Source of the DNA: Verrucomicrobia subdivision 3 bacterium UBA6082
GTDB lineage: Bacteria > Verrucomicrobiota > Verrucomicrobiia > Limisphaerales > UBA8199
Direction: 5' to 3'
DNA length: 64,000 bases
Assembly: GCA_002428665.1 (NCBI GenBank)
Contig: DIXK01000061.1
Coordinates: forward strand, 20,694 to 84,693
The notes under the pieces were generated by a model that was given only the letters and a program-made list of their open reading frames with translations, was not told the origin of the DNA and ran no database searches. The first letter of the stretch is position 1, and every line of letters starts with the position of its first letter. The translations under genes and the position numbers were made by a program. Positions 36,552-44,499 of the stretch are shown piece after piece.

Positions 36552-36842
36552 AAACGGGTTGCGGTTTTGAATTGGGGAAACAGAGCGATAAGCCTGGCTC
36601 GCATCCCATTCCGGCGACCCTCGGCGGAACAGGCGCACGGCAGGTGCTTGAGAGCATCCATTGGTTCTTTTGGCGGTGTCCGCATTAGCAGGCTGGTCGG
36701 CCAGCAGACGTTTCCTCGGGCGAGGGGCAACAGGGCCTTCCACGACCTCAGCGGGCCAAGCGTTCTCGACCCAGACAGAGGGTGCGAGAGTCCGCTTCAT
36801 GTCGGGAACCGGGTTAGAGCTGATTGGCATAGGCACCTCCGG

Positions 36843-37571
36843 TTAGAGCGCATCACCAACAACCAGAGGCTCTCGGCTCCAGTTGCTGATGCGGTTGGTT
36901 TTATTGCCGATAAGGACGTCCACCCAAATCTCAAAAGAGCCCGGGTTATTCGTGGGGTTCGAAGATCGATACCGTATAGGATTCAGCCCGGGCAGTCCTG
37001 CAGGTTTGTAGTCGTTATTCTGCGGCCACGGGATCGTGCAAACGAGGATCTTAGCTCCACTTGTGAGCGTAGCGATCGCGCCGGGCTTAAGATCTCTAGC
37101 AAAGGAAGTGGCCACACGGCCTTCATCCCCTCCGGCACCCTGCATGGAGTTCGCGAACCCACCAACACCAAAAGTCGAGGTGGCCACCGCCGGCGTAATC
37201 TGCGAGGCTCCGTCCAGCGTGGTAAAGGTGGCCTGGTTCAAGCGCGTACCTGCCAATTCGTAGTAGAGCGGATTAATCCGAGGATCGACAGGGTTATCCG
37301 GTGGATAATGCCCCAACTTGGCTTTGTAAGCCTCGATCAGGGTGGCCACCTGATTTAATTCCGCGCGGGCTTTGGAACGCATCTTTTGGCGGTTAACGGC
37401 GCCCGTAATGGGGAAGATCATTCCGGCCAGGATCGCAATCACCGCGATGACCACGAGCAGTTCGATGAGCGTGAACGCCTGGACTGGTCGGTTGGCCGAC
37501 TTGACTTGAAAATGGGTGGTCATGGCTTCGGTTCCGGCAATCGACCGGGGTTGTTGACTTGCTGTGTTCAT
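36843..37571 (-). CDS. GspG-like prepilin-type pseudopilin
   Basis: RPVQA|FTLIELLVVIAVIAILAGMIFP...ELNQVATLIEAYKAKLGHYPPDN. ATG at 37571 forms an ATGA overlap with the antitoxin stop; ATG at 37523 would give a canonical 16-aa leader. The track ORF extends to 37787. Confidence 0.7.
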   Translation of the reverse strand: MNTASQQPRSIAGTEAMTTHFQVKSANRPVQAFTLIELLVVIAVIAILAGMIFPITGAVNRQKMRSKARAELNQVATLIEAYKAKLGHYPPDNPVDPRINPLYYELAGTRLNQATFTTLDGASQITPAVATSTFGVGGFANSMQGAGGDEGRVATSFARDLKPGAIATLTSGAKILVCTIPWPQNNDYKPAGLPGLNPIRYRSSNPTNNPGSFEIWVDVLIGNKTNRISNWSREPLVVGDAL

Positions 37572-37852
37572 TGGACGTTCACTTTCCGGACTTCGTTCTC
37601 CATGCGTTCGCTCAGCCATTGCTTGATCATGCTCTGGTAATTGAGGTAACGGGAGCGGGCAAGTCTCTTTATCCGCGACAACATGCGCGGGTCCATACGC
37701 AGAGTAATGGTAGTGGATTCCGAAGCTTCGGTGGTTCCGGCAACCGCAGTCTCCATTAACCGGAGATCCGGGCGGTGCTCGGCCCAAAAAGCAGCTTCAG
37801 CCTCTTCGCTATCGAAGAGGGGCACTTCTTCCCATTTGGCAAGGGAACGCAT
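37568..37852 (-). CDS. CopG/RHH-type antitoxin (BrnA-like, CopG_antitoxin family)
   Basis: 94 aa. EEVPLFDSEEAEAAFWAEH...TITLRMDPRMLSRIKRLARSRYLNYQSMIKQWLSERMENE follows the family pattern (phosphate... FWETHD...ISLRLP...L..LK.LA...G.PYQSLIK.WL.ER). Confidence 0.65.
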   Translation of the reverse strand: MRSLAKWEEVPLFDSEEAEAAFWAEHRPDLRLMETAVAGTTEASESTTITLRMDPRMLSRIKRLARSRYLNYQSMIKQWLSERMENEVRKVNVQ

Positions 37853-37910
37853 GATTTTTATCCGTTTCAGAGCGGGTGATGGCCCGCGACCATGAACAAG
37901 TTATGTGCTA

Positions 37911-38195
37911 CTAAGCCAACGATTGGTCGACTTTTCGCTGGTAGAAGAACCGCTCCTCCGGTTCGAACGGCCGGGCGAAGAGCACCCGAATCTGCTTGCC
38001 GTTAGTGCGATATACGCTGAATATGCCGTCGCCGCCAGAAGATACGCCCAGGTTGAAAAAACGTGCCTGAACGGAAAACCGGCTGGAGTCCGGCAGTAAT
38101 CGAATCGCGAAGGGATCCTCAAACGATTCTTCGATTTCCTGCAACGTCAAAGAACTTTCGAGATTGAAGGGCGGATTTGTCCAATCGAACTCCAT
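37911..38195 (-). CDS. BrnT-family (DUF497) toxin, divergent
   Basis: 94 aa. MEFDWTNPPFNLE...LQEIEESFEDPFAI...ARFFNLGVSS...IRVLFARPFEPEERFFYQ follows the BrnT layout (F.WD...N..KHG.S..EA.EVF.DP...ER....G....IRIISAR.A...ER..Y) and lies immediately upstream of the antitoxin. Confidence 0.6.
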   Translation of the reverse strand: MEFDWTNPPFNLESSLTLQEIEESFEDPFAIRLLPDSSRFSVQARFFNLGVSSGGDGIFSVYRTNGKQIRVLFARPFEPEERFFYQRKVDQSLA

Positions 38196-38311
38196 ATCGG
38201 CTCAATTGTATTTAAATAGCCCATGCAATGTCTTTACTTTGTATTTACAACAAGGCGTCATTGCAGTCAACAGGATTTTGACAATTCGATCATTTTATCG
38301 AGGTTGGAGAG

Positions 38312-38341
38312 GCAAAGGACCCCTGCGGAGGGGTCCTTTGC
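38312..38341. other. Perfect 13-bp GC-rich stem-loop (GCAAAGGACCCCT-GCGG-AGGGGTCCTTTGC)
   Basis: Read directly from the sequence. It lies 27 nt downstream of the gspF/pilC-like stop and upstream of the AT-rich region preceding the toxin gene. There is no flanking U-tract on either strand, so it is not a canonical intrinsic terminator. Confidence 0.6.
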
Positions 38342-38368
38342 TCGCAAATCCATAGCGGCAGGGTTCTA

Positions 38369-39688
38369 TTAATCATCCTTCCCACCGCCCCCACTGTCAC
38401 CCATGCTGTTCATCAAATCGATAAGCGGCAGGAACATGGCGATAACGATACTCCCGACGATGACGGCCAGGAACACAATCATGATCGGTTCGAGCAGCGA
38501 GGTCATGGCCGCGACGGCGTTGTCAACTTCATCGTCGTAGTTGTCGGCAATCTTGAGCAACATCTCCGGCAAAGCGCCCGTTTGTTCGCCGACGTCCACC
38601 ATGCTGATCACCATGGGCGGAAACACGCCCGAAGTTTCCAACGGCGCGGTGATGGTCTCGCCTTCCTTGACGCTTTCATGGACGTCGGACACGGCTTTGG
38701 CGATAACCACGTTACCTGCGGTCTCTTTCACGATAGTCAGCGCCTGGAGGATGGGAACACCGCTGCTGATCAGAGTGCCCAGCGTTCGGGTAAAGCGGGA
38801 GATAGCCACCTTGTTGATCACCTGCCCGACGACTGGCATTTTGAGTTTGAACTTGTCCCAGGCAAAACGGCCGAACTTGGTCTTGGTGAACAGAATGAAG
38901 GCGATATAGATGCCCACCATAATGCCCAACGTCACGAGGATGTGATCCTTCACCATGCGGCTCACACCCAGAACGAACCGGGTAAACCCGGGTAATGGCC
39001 GGCCGTCACCCATGCCAAGAAAGACCTGTTCGAACGAAGGAATGACTTTGACCATCAGAATCATCAAGATGGCGACAGCGACGACCAAAACCGCCACGGG
39101 ATAGAACATGGCGGCAATGACCTTACCCTTGATTTTCTGCGCCTTCTCCATGAACTCGGCCAGACGGTTGAGCACGACCTCAAGCACGCCACCGAGTTCG
39201 CCGGCTTTGACCATGTTGACGAACAAGCGATTGAAGACTTTAGGATGCTGAGCCAAGCCCTCAGAGAAGGTACTGCCCCCTTCGATTGAAAGCGCCAATT
39301 CTCCGATAATGTCCTTGAGGGTAGGATTGCGCTCCTGCTTCTCGAGAACGCGCAGACCGCGCAGGAGCGGCAAACCCGCATCCACAAGGGTAGCCAACTG
39401 CCGGGTGAACGTGGTCAGGATCTTGGGTTTGACGCGCCCGCTGAGGCCAGGGATCTTGATATTGAGGTTAATGTCGCCCTTGCGTTTTGGCTTTCCACCG
39501 GCAGCTTTGCCGGCCTTCTTGCCACCGCCCTTGGCTTTGTCCTTGGCTTTTTCCGCCTCGACGATTCGGGTTGGGAACAACCCCATCTCTTTGACGCGCC
39601 CGATGGCCTCGTTTTGGGACGCGACATCGAGCGTGCCTTTTTGTTCCTTACCGTGGGCATCCAGGGCCACGTAGCTGTAGGTTGGCAT
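38369..39688 (-). CDS. Type II secretion system F family / PilC-type inner-membrane platform protein
   Basis: MPTYSYVALDAHGKEQKGTLDV start with AGAGGA 6-7 nt upstream, and two T2SSF repeats (TRQLATLVDAGLPLLRGL...; TRTLGTLISSGVPILQAL...). Confidence 0.9.
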   Translation of the reverse strand: MPTYSYVALDAHGKEQKGTLDVASQNEAIGRVKEMGLFPTRIVEAEKAKDKAKGGGKKAGKAAGGKPKRKGDINLNIKIPGLSGRVKPKILTTFTRQLATLVDAGLPLLRGLRVLEKQERNPTLKDIIGELALSIEGGSTFSEGLAQHPKVFNRLFVNMVKAGELGGVLEVVLNRLAEFMEKAQKIKGKVIAAMFYPVAVLVVAVAILMILMVKVIPSFEQVFLGMGDGRPLPGFTRFVLGVSRMVKDHILVTLGIMVGIYIAFILFTKTKFGRFAWDKFKLKMPVVGQVINKVAISRFTRTLGTLISSGVPILQALTIVKETAGNVVIAKAVSDVHESVKEGETITAPLETSGVFPPMVISMVDVGEQTGALPEMLLKIADNYDDEVDNAVAAMTSLLEPIMIVFLAVIVGSIVIAMFLPLIDLMNSMGDSGGGGKDD

Positions 39689-39840
39689 ACGTTCCTCTTT
39701 AGTTAGATTGATTAAACCGCACAGCGGGAACCGGCCCATTACCCCGCTTTGTTCCAGAGGTTACCGCCGCAGCCTGCAGCCAACCCGGCATTCCGGGCGG
39801 TTGGCAGCGGTTGAACTGGAGATTTGCCGGACCCATATAC

Positions 39841-41556
39841 TCAGGTGTACTTGACAACTTCCTCGATTGTGGTGTCGCCGTCAAAAATGCTTCGCAATCC
39901 ATCCTCGCGCAGAGACACCATGCCCGACTCCACAGCCTTCTGCCGCAGCACCACCGTAGGAGCGCGATCATTGATCAGGGTGCGGATAGCCTCGCTGATG
40001 ACGAGCAATTCAAAGATGCCCTTCCGGCCACGATACCCGGTGTCGTTGCAGCTCGAGCAACCCCGCCCGTAATAGAACAACTTGTCGCCAAGATCGTGCG
40101 GGGAGAGATTGAGCATGGCGAGCTGATTCTCGGTGGGCTCGAATGGCGTGCGGCATTCCCGACAAACCCGGCGGACAAGACGCTGTCCGAGCACACCCAT
40201 AAGCGTGGAGGAGATGAGGAAAGGTTCGACGCCCATATCCACCAGACGGGTGACTGCGCCCGGCGCATCGTTCGTATGCAAGGTGCTGAGCACCAAGTGA
40301 CCGGTCAGCGAAGCCTGGATCGCGATTTGAGCAGTCTCAAGGTCGCGGACCTCACCCACCATGATGATGTCGGGGTCCTGGCGCAGGAACGAGCGCAGGG
40401 CTTTGCCAAAGGTAAGCCCGAGTGCGTCGTTCACAGCCACCTGCATGATGCCTTCGATATCGTATTCGACCGGGTCTTCGGCGGTCAGCAGCTTCGAATC
40501 GATAGAATTGACCCGGCGGAGACAGGAATAGAGCGTTGTGGTTTTTCCGCAACCTGTTGGACCGGTCACAACGAAAATGCCGTTTGGCCGCTGGATGGCT
40601 TCGGTCACGTATTCGTAAATGAACTGGGGCAAGCCCAAAGTCTCGATATCAAGGTTAACGGAGGAGCGATCCAAGACACGCAGCACGACGGATTCGCCAA
40701 ACTGAGTAGGCAGCGTGGAAACACGCAAATCGACAATTTTGCCCCCGAGATTCAGGTTAATGCGTCCGTCCTGCGGCAAGCGCCGCTCCGAGATGTTGAG
40801 GTTGGACATGACCTTGATGCGGGAAATAACCGGCAAGGCCAATTGCTTGGGCGGGGGCGACATTTCATAGAGCGCGCCGTCCACCCGGTAACGAATCCTG
40901 AACTCGGTTTCGAAGGGCTCGAAATGAATGTCGCTGGCACGATCCTTAATCGCCTGGTACAGCACGAGGTTGACGAAGCGGACGATGGGGGCCTGGTTGG
41001 CCATGTCCTGCATCAATGAAGCCTCGTCGGTCTGCTTGGCGGAGGTCTTGATCTCGGTGGTCAAGTCCTGGTCCATCCCCAATTCTTTGAGGATTTCGGC
41101 CACGCTCTCACCCGTGTCACCCTCGGAATAAACCTTCTCGATCAGCTTTTCTATGGCGCTCGGGTCGGCCACCACGATCTGGACGTCTTTCTTGAGAAGA
41201 AACCCCAATTCGTCTACCCGGCCCGGATTGAGCGGATCCACCAACGCAATCTGCAGATAGGCCCCATCCAGACGCACCGGCAAACATTGATACATCCGCG
41301 CCGTCTTAGCCGGAACCGTCTCCAACAATTCCGGGGTCAAATCCTTCTCGCGGATGGTCACCACCTCCGTGCTCAGGTGATTGGCCATAACCTGGAGTAT
41401 GCTGTCCAGGTCCATGATCCCAAAATCCTGAAGGATTTGAATGACTGGCTTGCCGCTGCGCTTGAATTCCCCCAGCACCTCCTCGTACTGCAGATCATCA
41501 ATCATTCCCTGCTCTTTAACCAGGGACAGCAAGGGATTTAAGACATCTTCAGCCAT
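39841..41556 (-). CDS. GspE/PilB-family assembly ATPase (copy 2)
   Basis: T2SSE_N-type N-domain, Walker [11 protein letters not shown], Asp/His boxes and a tetracysteine motif (CRECRTPF...[15 protein letters not shown]). ATG at 41556 avoids overlap with pilT; an alternative ATG is at 41595. Confidence 0.9.
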   Translation of the reverse strand: MAEDVLNPLLSLVKEQGMIDDLQYEEVLGEFKRSGKPVIQILQDFGIMDLDSILQVMANHLSTEVVTIREKDLTPELLETVPAKTARMYQCLPVRLDGAYLQIALVDPLNPGRVDELGFLLKKDVQIVVADPSAIEKLIEKVYSEGDTGESVAEILKELGMDQDLTTEIKTSAKQTDEASLMQDMANQAPIVRFVNLVLYQAIKDRASDIHFEPFETEFRIRYRVDGALYEMSPPPKQLALPVISRIKVMSNLNISERRLPQDGRINLNLGGKIVDLRVSTLPTQFGESVVLRVLDRSSVNLDIETLGLPQFIYEYVTEAIQRPNGIFVVTGPTGCGKTTTLYSCLRRVNSIDSKLLTAEDPVEYDIEGIMQVAVNDALGLTFGKALRSFLRQDPDIIMVGEVRDLETAQIAIQASLTGHLVLSTLHTNDAPGAVTRLVDMGVEPFLISSTLMGVLGQRLVRRVCRECRTPFEPTENQLAMLNLSPHDLGDKLFYYGRGCSSCNDTGYRGRKGIFELLVISEAIRTLINDRAPTVVLRQKAVESGMVSLREDGLRSIFDGDTTIEEVVKYT

Positions 41557-41563
41557 AGGCAGC

Positions 41564-42685
41564 TTATACTTTACCTTGGGTGACGACGCCGGCATCGGCG
41601 CCGACGGCCTGGGCTAGTTCCAATTCCTGGAGTTTGGCTTGGATGGAAACCGAATCCTGGGCCTTGGTAATCACTTCCTCCCGGGCAATCATGCCGGCCA
41701 TGTACTTCTCCAGTAGAAAACCATCCAAGGTAACCATCCCGTATTTGGCACCAGTCTGAATGTCTGACTGAATACGGAAGGTCTTGTTATCGCGGATCAA
41801 GGCCGCGACGGATGGTGTATTGACCATGATCTCAAAAATGGCCACCCGGCCGGGCTTGTCGACGCGTGGAATGAGCAGTTGGGATATGACCGCTTGCAGC
41901 ACGGTGGACAGCTGAATTCGGATCTGCTCCTGCTGGTTGGTGGGAAAGGCGTTCACCAGACGGTCAATCGTCTTGGCAGCGCCAGTGGTATGTAGCGTGC
42001 CAAACACCAAGTGCCCCGTTTCTGCCGCGGTTACGGCGGCATCAATCGTTTCCAAGTCACGCATTTCGCCGACGAGCACCACGTCGGGATCCTGACGCAA
42101 CGCGCGGCGCAAGGCCTCAGCGAAGTTCGGGACATCGACCCCGATCTCACGTTGGGTTACCAGCGCTTTTTTGTGCTTATGGTAATACTCGATCGGGTCC
42201 TCGATCGTAATGATGTGCGCTTCATCGCGTTCCTGGTTGATGATATCAATCATCGAAGCCAGAGTCGTGGTCTTGCCGGACCCCGTGGGTCCAGTAACCA
42301 GCACCAAACCGCGGGGCTTGTAAAGCAACTCTTTGGCCGATGGGGGGATGCCGATCTGCTCCATCGTGAGCAGTTTGTTAGGGATCTGGCGAAGTACGAG
42401 GCCAAAATTGCCCTTCTCTTTGAAAACGCTGACGCGGAACCGCGCCATGTCGCCGAACGCAAAACCGAAGTCGGCGCCACCCCTTTCGCGAACGTGTTGG
42501 ATGTGGTCCTCCGAGGTGATGCTGCGCATCAACTCCTCGGTATCTTCCGGGGCGAGGGAAGGACCTTCCACACGGTGCAGGATGCCGTGCACCCGGATCG
42601 TGGGCGGGGTGGCCACGCGGATGTGAAGGTCAGAAGCGCCTTCAGACACGACCAACTGCAACAAATCGGACATCGAATAAGACAT
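41564..42685 (-). CDS. pilT: Type IV pilus twitching-motility (retraction) ATPase PilT
   Basis: 373 aa. [15 protein letters not shown], Walker [21 protein letters not shown] and [14 protein letters not shown]. It has no N-terminal T2SSE_N domain and no tetracysteine motif. Confidence 0.9.
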   Translation of the reverse strand: MSYSMSDLLQLVVSEGASDLHIRVATPPTIRVHGILHRVEGPSLAPEDTEELMRSITSEDHIQHVRERGGADFGFAFGDMARFRVSVFKEKGNFGLVLRQIPNKLLTMEQIGIPPSAKELLYKPRGLVLVTGPTGSGKTTTLASMIDIINQERDEAHIITIEDPIEYYHKHKKALVTQREIGVDVPNFAEALRRALRQDPDVVLVGEMRDLETIDAAVTAAETGHLVFGTLHTTGAAKTIDRLVNAFPTNQQEQIRIQLSTVLQAVISQLLIPRVDKPGRVAIFEIMVNTPSVAALIRDNKTFRIQSDIQTGAKYGMVTLDGFLLEKYMAGMIAREEVITKAQDSVSIQAKLQELELAQAVGADAGVVTQGKV

Positions 42686-42765
42686 ACGGGATCCCGTTCG
42701 TTAGACTGTGAATGGTGACAAAAGATGATGCATGGGTGAAGCACTATTATCGCCTGATAGCGTGC

Positions 42766-44499
42766 CTAGCTCTCATCGCCCACGGTGGCGCGGATAACTT
42801 CTTCGGGGGTAGTCAAGCCCGCCAGCACCTTTCGAATTCCATCCTCGCGCAAGGTGCGCATACCCATTTCCCGTGCCCGCGCACGCAGGACCGAGGAAGG
42901 CACTTTCTCATAGATGAGCTTCCTGGCATCATCGTCGATGACAAAGATCTCAAAAATCCCGAAGCGGCCGCGGAAACCCGTGTTATTGCAGTTCCCGCAC
43001 CCTTTCCCGCGCATGAAAGTCGCCCCCTGGGTATTGTTGGAATCAAGGGATAATTGCCGCATCTCCACCTCGGTCGGGGTATAGGATGCAGCGCATTGCT
43101 TGCAGACTTTACGCACGAGGCGCTGAGCCATCAAGGCGCGGGTGGAGGAAGCCACAAGGAAGGGCTTTACACCGATATCAATCAAGCGAGTCACGGCGCT
43201 GGGCGCGTCGTTGGTGTGAAGCGTCGAGAACACCAGGTGACCCGTAAGAGAAGCATTGATCGCGATCGAGGCCGTTTCAAGATCGCGGATTTCCCCAATC
43301 ATGATCACGTTGGGTGCCTGGCGCAGAATAGATCGCAGCGCGGCGCCGAAGGTCAGTCCAACAATTTCGCTGACCTGAACCTGGTTGATGCCCGAGAGCA
43401 AATACTCAACCGGGTCCTCAACGGTGATGATCTTGCGGTCAGGCCGGTTGATGAAGTGCAAACAGGAATAGAGAGTCGTCGTTTTGCCTGAACCGGTAGG
43501 ACCGGTCACGAGGAGGATGCCGTCCGGCAATCCGATCAGGCGTTCAAACGTCTGCTGGTCGTCCGTGAAGAAACCCAATTCCGGCAAGCCCAGGCGCAAG
43601 CCCTCCTTGTCCAGAATACGCATGACGATGCTTTCACCGTGATTCGTCGGCAGGCAGGAAACACGCAAGTCAATGAGCTTGCCACCAACCTGGGTTTGAA
43701 TACGACCGTCTTGCGGAATACGGTGCTCCGAAATCGACATGTTCGACTGGATCTTTAGTCGGCTGATGATGGCCGCCTGCAAACGCTTGGGCGGAGCTTT
43801 CATCTCGTGGAGCATGCCGTCAATCCGGTAGCGCACGCGAAACTTCGTGTCCATTGGCTCCAAGTGAATATCTGAAGCCCGCATTTTGAACGCTTCTACG
43901 ATCAGCGAGTTGACGAGCTTGATCAACGGTGCGTCCGCCTCGACCACTGCCCCGTCAGCCATGGCGTCGGCGTCCACCCGGACGTGTTCCTCGGTCAGTT
44001 CCTTGATCGCCTGGGAAATCCGGGGATCAGAGGCCATGCCCCCGCCCTGCTCGCCATAATACTTGCTTAGCGCGGCCTCGATGTCGGAGTCGGAAGCAAC
44101 CTGCAAACTGATTTCCGCATGCAGCAGGTGGGTGAGGCTGTCAATCGTATCGAGATCTGAAGGATCAGCAATTGCAACCGTCAGAGCGTTTTCATGCTTG
44201 TAAACCGGCACTACCCGGTATTTACGCGCAATATGCCGCGGCACGGCAGCGATGACATCGTCCGGGATTTGCAGTTGGCTGAGTTCCACCACCTCTGCCC
44301 CGAAATGGGCCGCCTTGGCCTGGGTGACATCGGCGGGCCGGATCACGCTGTTGGCCACCATCAGATCCACCAGACCCACACCGGCCGACTGGGCTTCGGG
44401 TCTCATTTCCTCCACTTTGTCGGGAGTGACAAAGCCGAGATCAACAAGGATGTCTACCAGGTAATCGTCTTTTTCAGCCACGGTTCTTTGGGCGGCCAC
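42766..44499 (-). CDS. GspE/PilB-family assembly ATPase (copy 1)
   Basis: T2SSE_N-type N-domain (VPRHIARKYRVVPV...LTVAIADPSDLDTIDSL), Walker [11 protein letters not shown] and a tetracysteine motif (CKQCAASY...GKGCGNCNNTGFRGR). GTG start. Confidence 0.9.
   Translation of the reverse strand: MAAQRTVAEKDDYLVDILVDLGFVTPDKVEEMRPEAQSAGVGLVDLMVANSVIRPADVTQAKAAHFGAEVVELSQLQIPDDVIAAVPRHIARKYRVVPVYKHENALTVAIADPSDLDTIDSLTHLLHAEISLQVASDSDIEAALSKYYGEQGGGMASDPRISQAIKELTEEHVRVDADAMADGAVVEADAPLIKLVNSLIVEAFKMRASDIHLEPMDTKFRVRYRIDGMLHEMKAPPKRLQAAIISRLKIQSNMSISEHRIPQDGRIQTQVGGKLIDLRVSCLPTNHGESIVMRILDKEGLRLGLPELGFFTDDQQTFERLIGLPDGILLVTGPTGSGKTTTLYSCLHFINRPDRKIITVEDPVEYLLSGINQVQVSEIVGLTFGAALRSILRQAPNVIMIGEIRDLETASIAINASLTGHLVFSTLHTNDAPSAVTRLIDIGVKPFLVASSTRALMAQRLVRKVCKQCAASYTPTEVEMRQLSLDSNNTQGATFMRGKGCGNCNNTGFRGRFGIFEIFVIDDDARKLIYEKVPSSVLRARAREMGMRTLREDGIRKVLAGLTTPEEVIRATVGDES

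Noticed and set aside
36687-36704. A sigma-54-like element on the minus strand (CTGGCCGACCAGCCTGCT) lies upstream of the GspG-like gene. Major pilin genes are often RpoN-dependent.
   Set aside because: The GG-to-GC spacing is one base too long relative to TGGCAC-N5-TTGC, and the -24 and -12 boxes are degenerate. It is not good enough to call.
36552-36836. The N-terminal extension of the second GspG-like ORF would give a ~95-aa leader.
   Set aside because: Prepilin leaders are short and basic. The extension is low-complexity, and ATG 36551 yields a textbook MKTKPASSRRGRPA|FTLIELL leader.
20389-42718. Many long plus-strand ORFs lie inside the minus-strand filament operon. Examples: 25754-26614 (286 aa), 33914-34960 (348 aa), 36567-37358 (263 aa), 39811-41019 (402 aa), 42011-42718 (235 aa), 30379-31164 (261 aa).
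   Set aside because: They are antisense to ORFs with unmistakable family signatures. Their translations are Arg/Gly/Pro-rich and low-complexity with no motifs. This is the typical stop-codon-poor shadow frame of GC-rich DNA.
42766-44499. A possible MshEN-type c-di-GMP binding motif (RLGxx[LVI][LVI]xxG[LVI][LVI]xxxxLxxxLxxQ, twice) in the N-domains of the two assembly ATPases.
   Set aside because: By-eye alignment (DYLVDILVDLGFVTPDKVEEM...; [23 protein letters not shown] / [20 protein letters not shown]) lacks the leading Arg-Leu-Gly and is out of register. It needs a real alignment before any claim.
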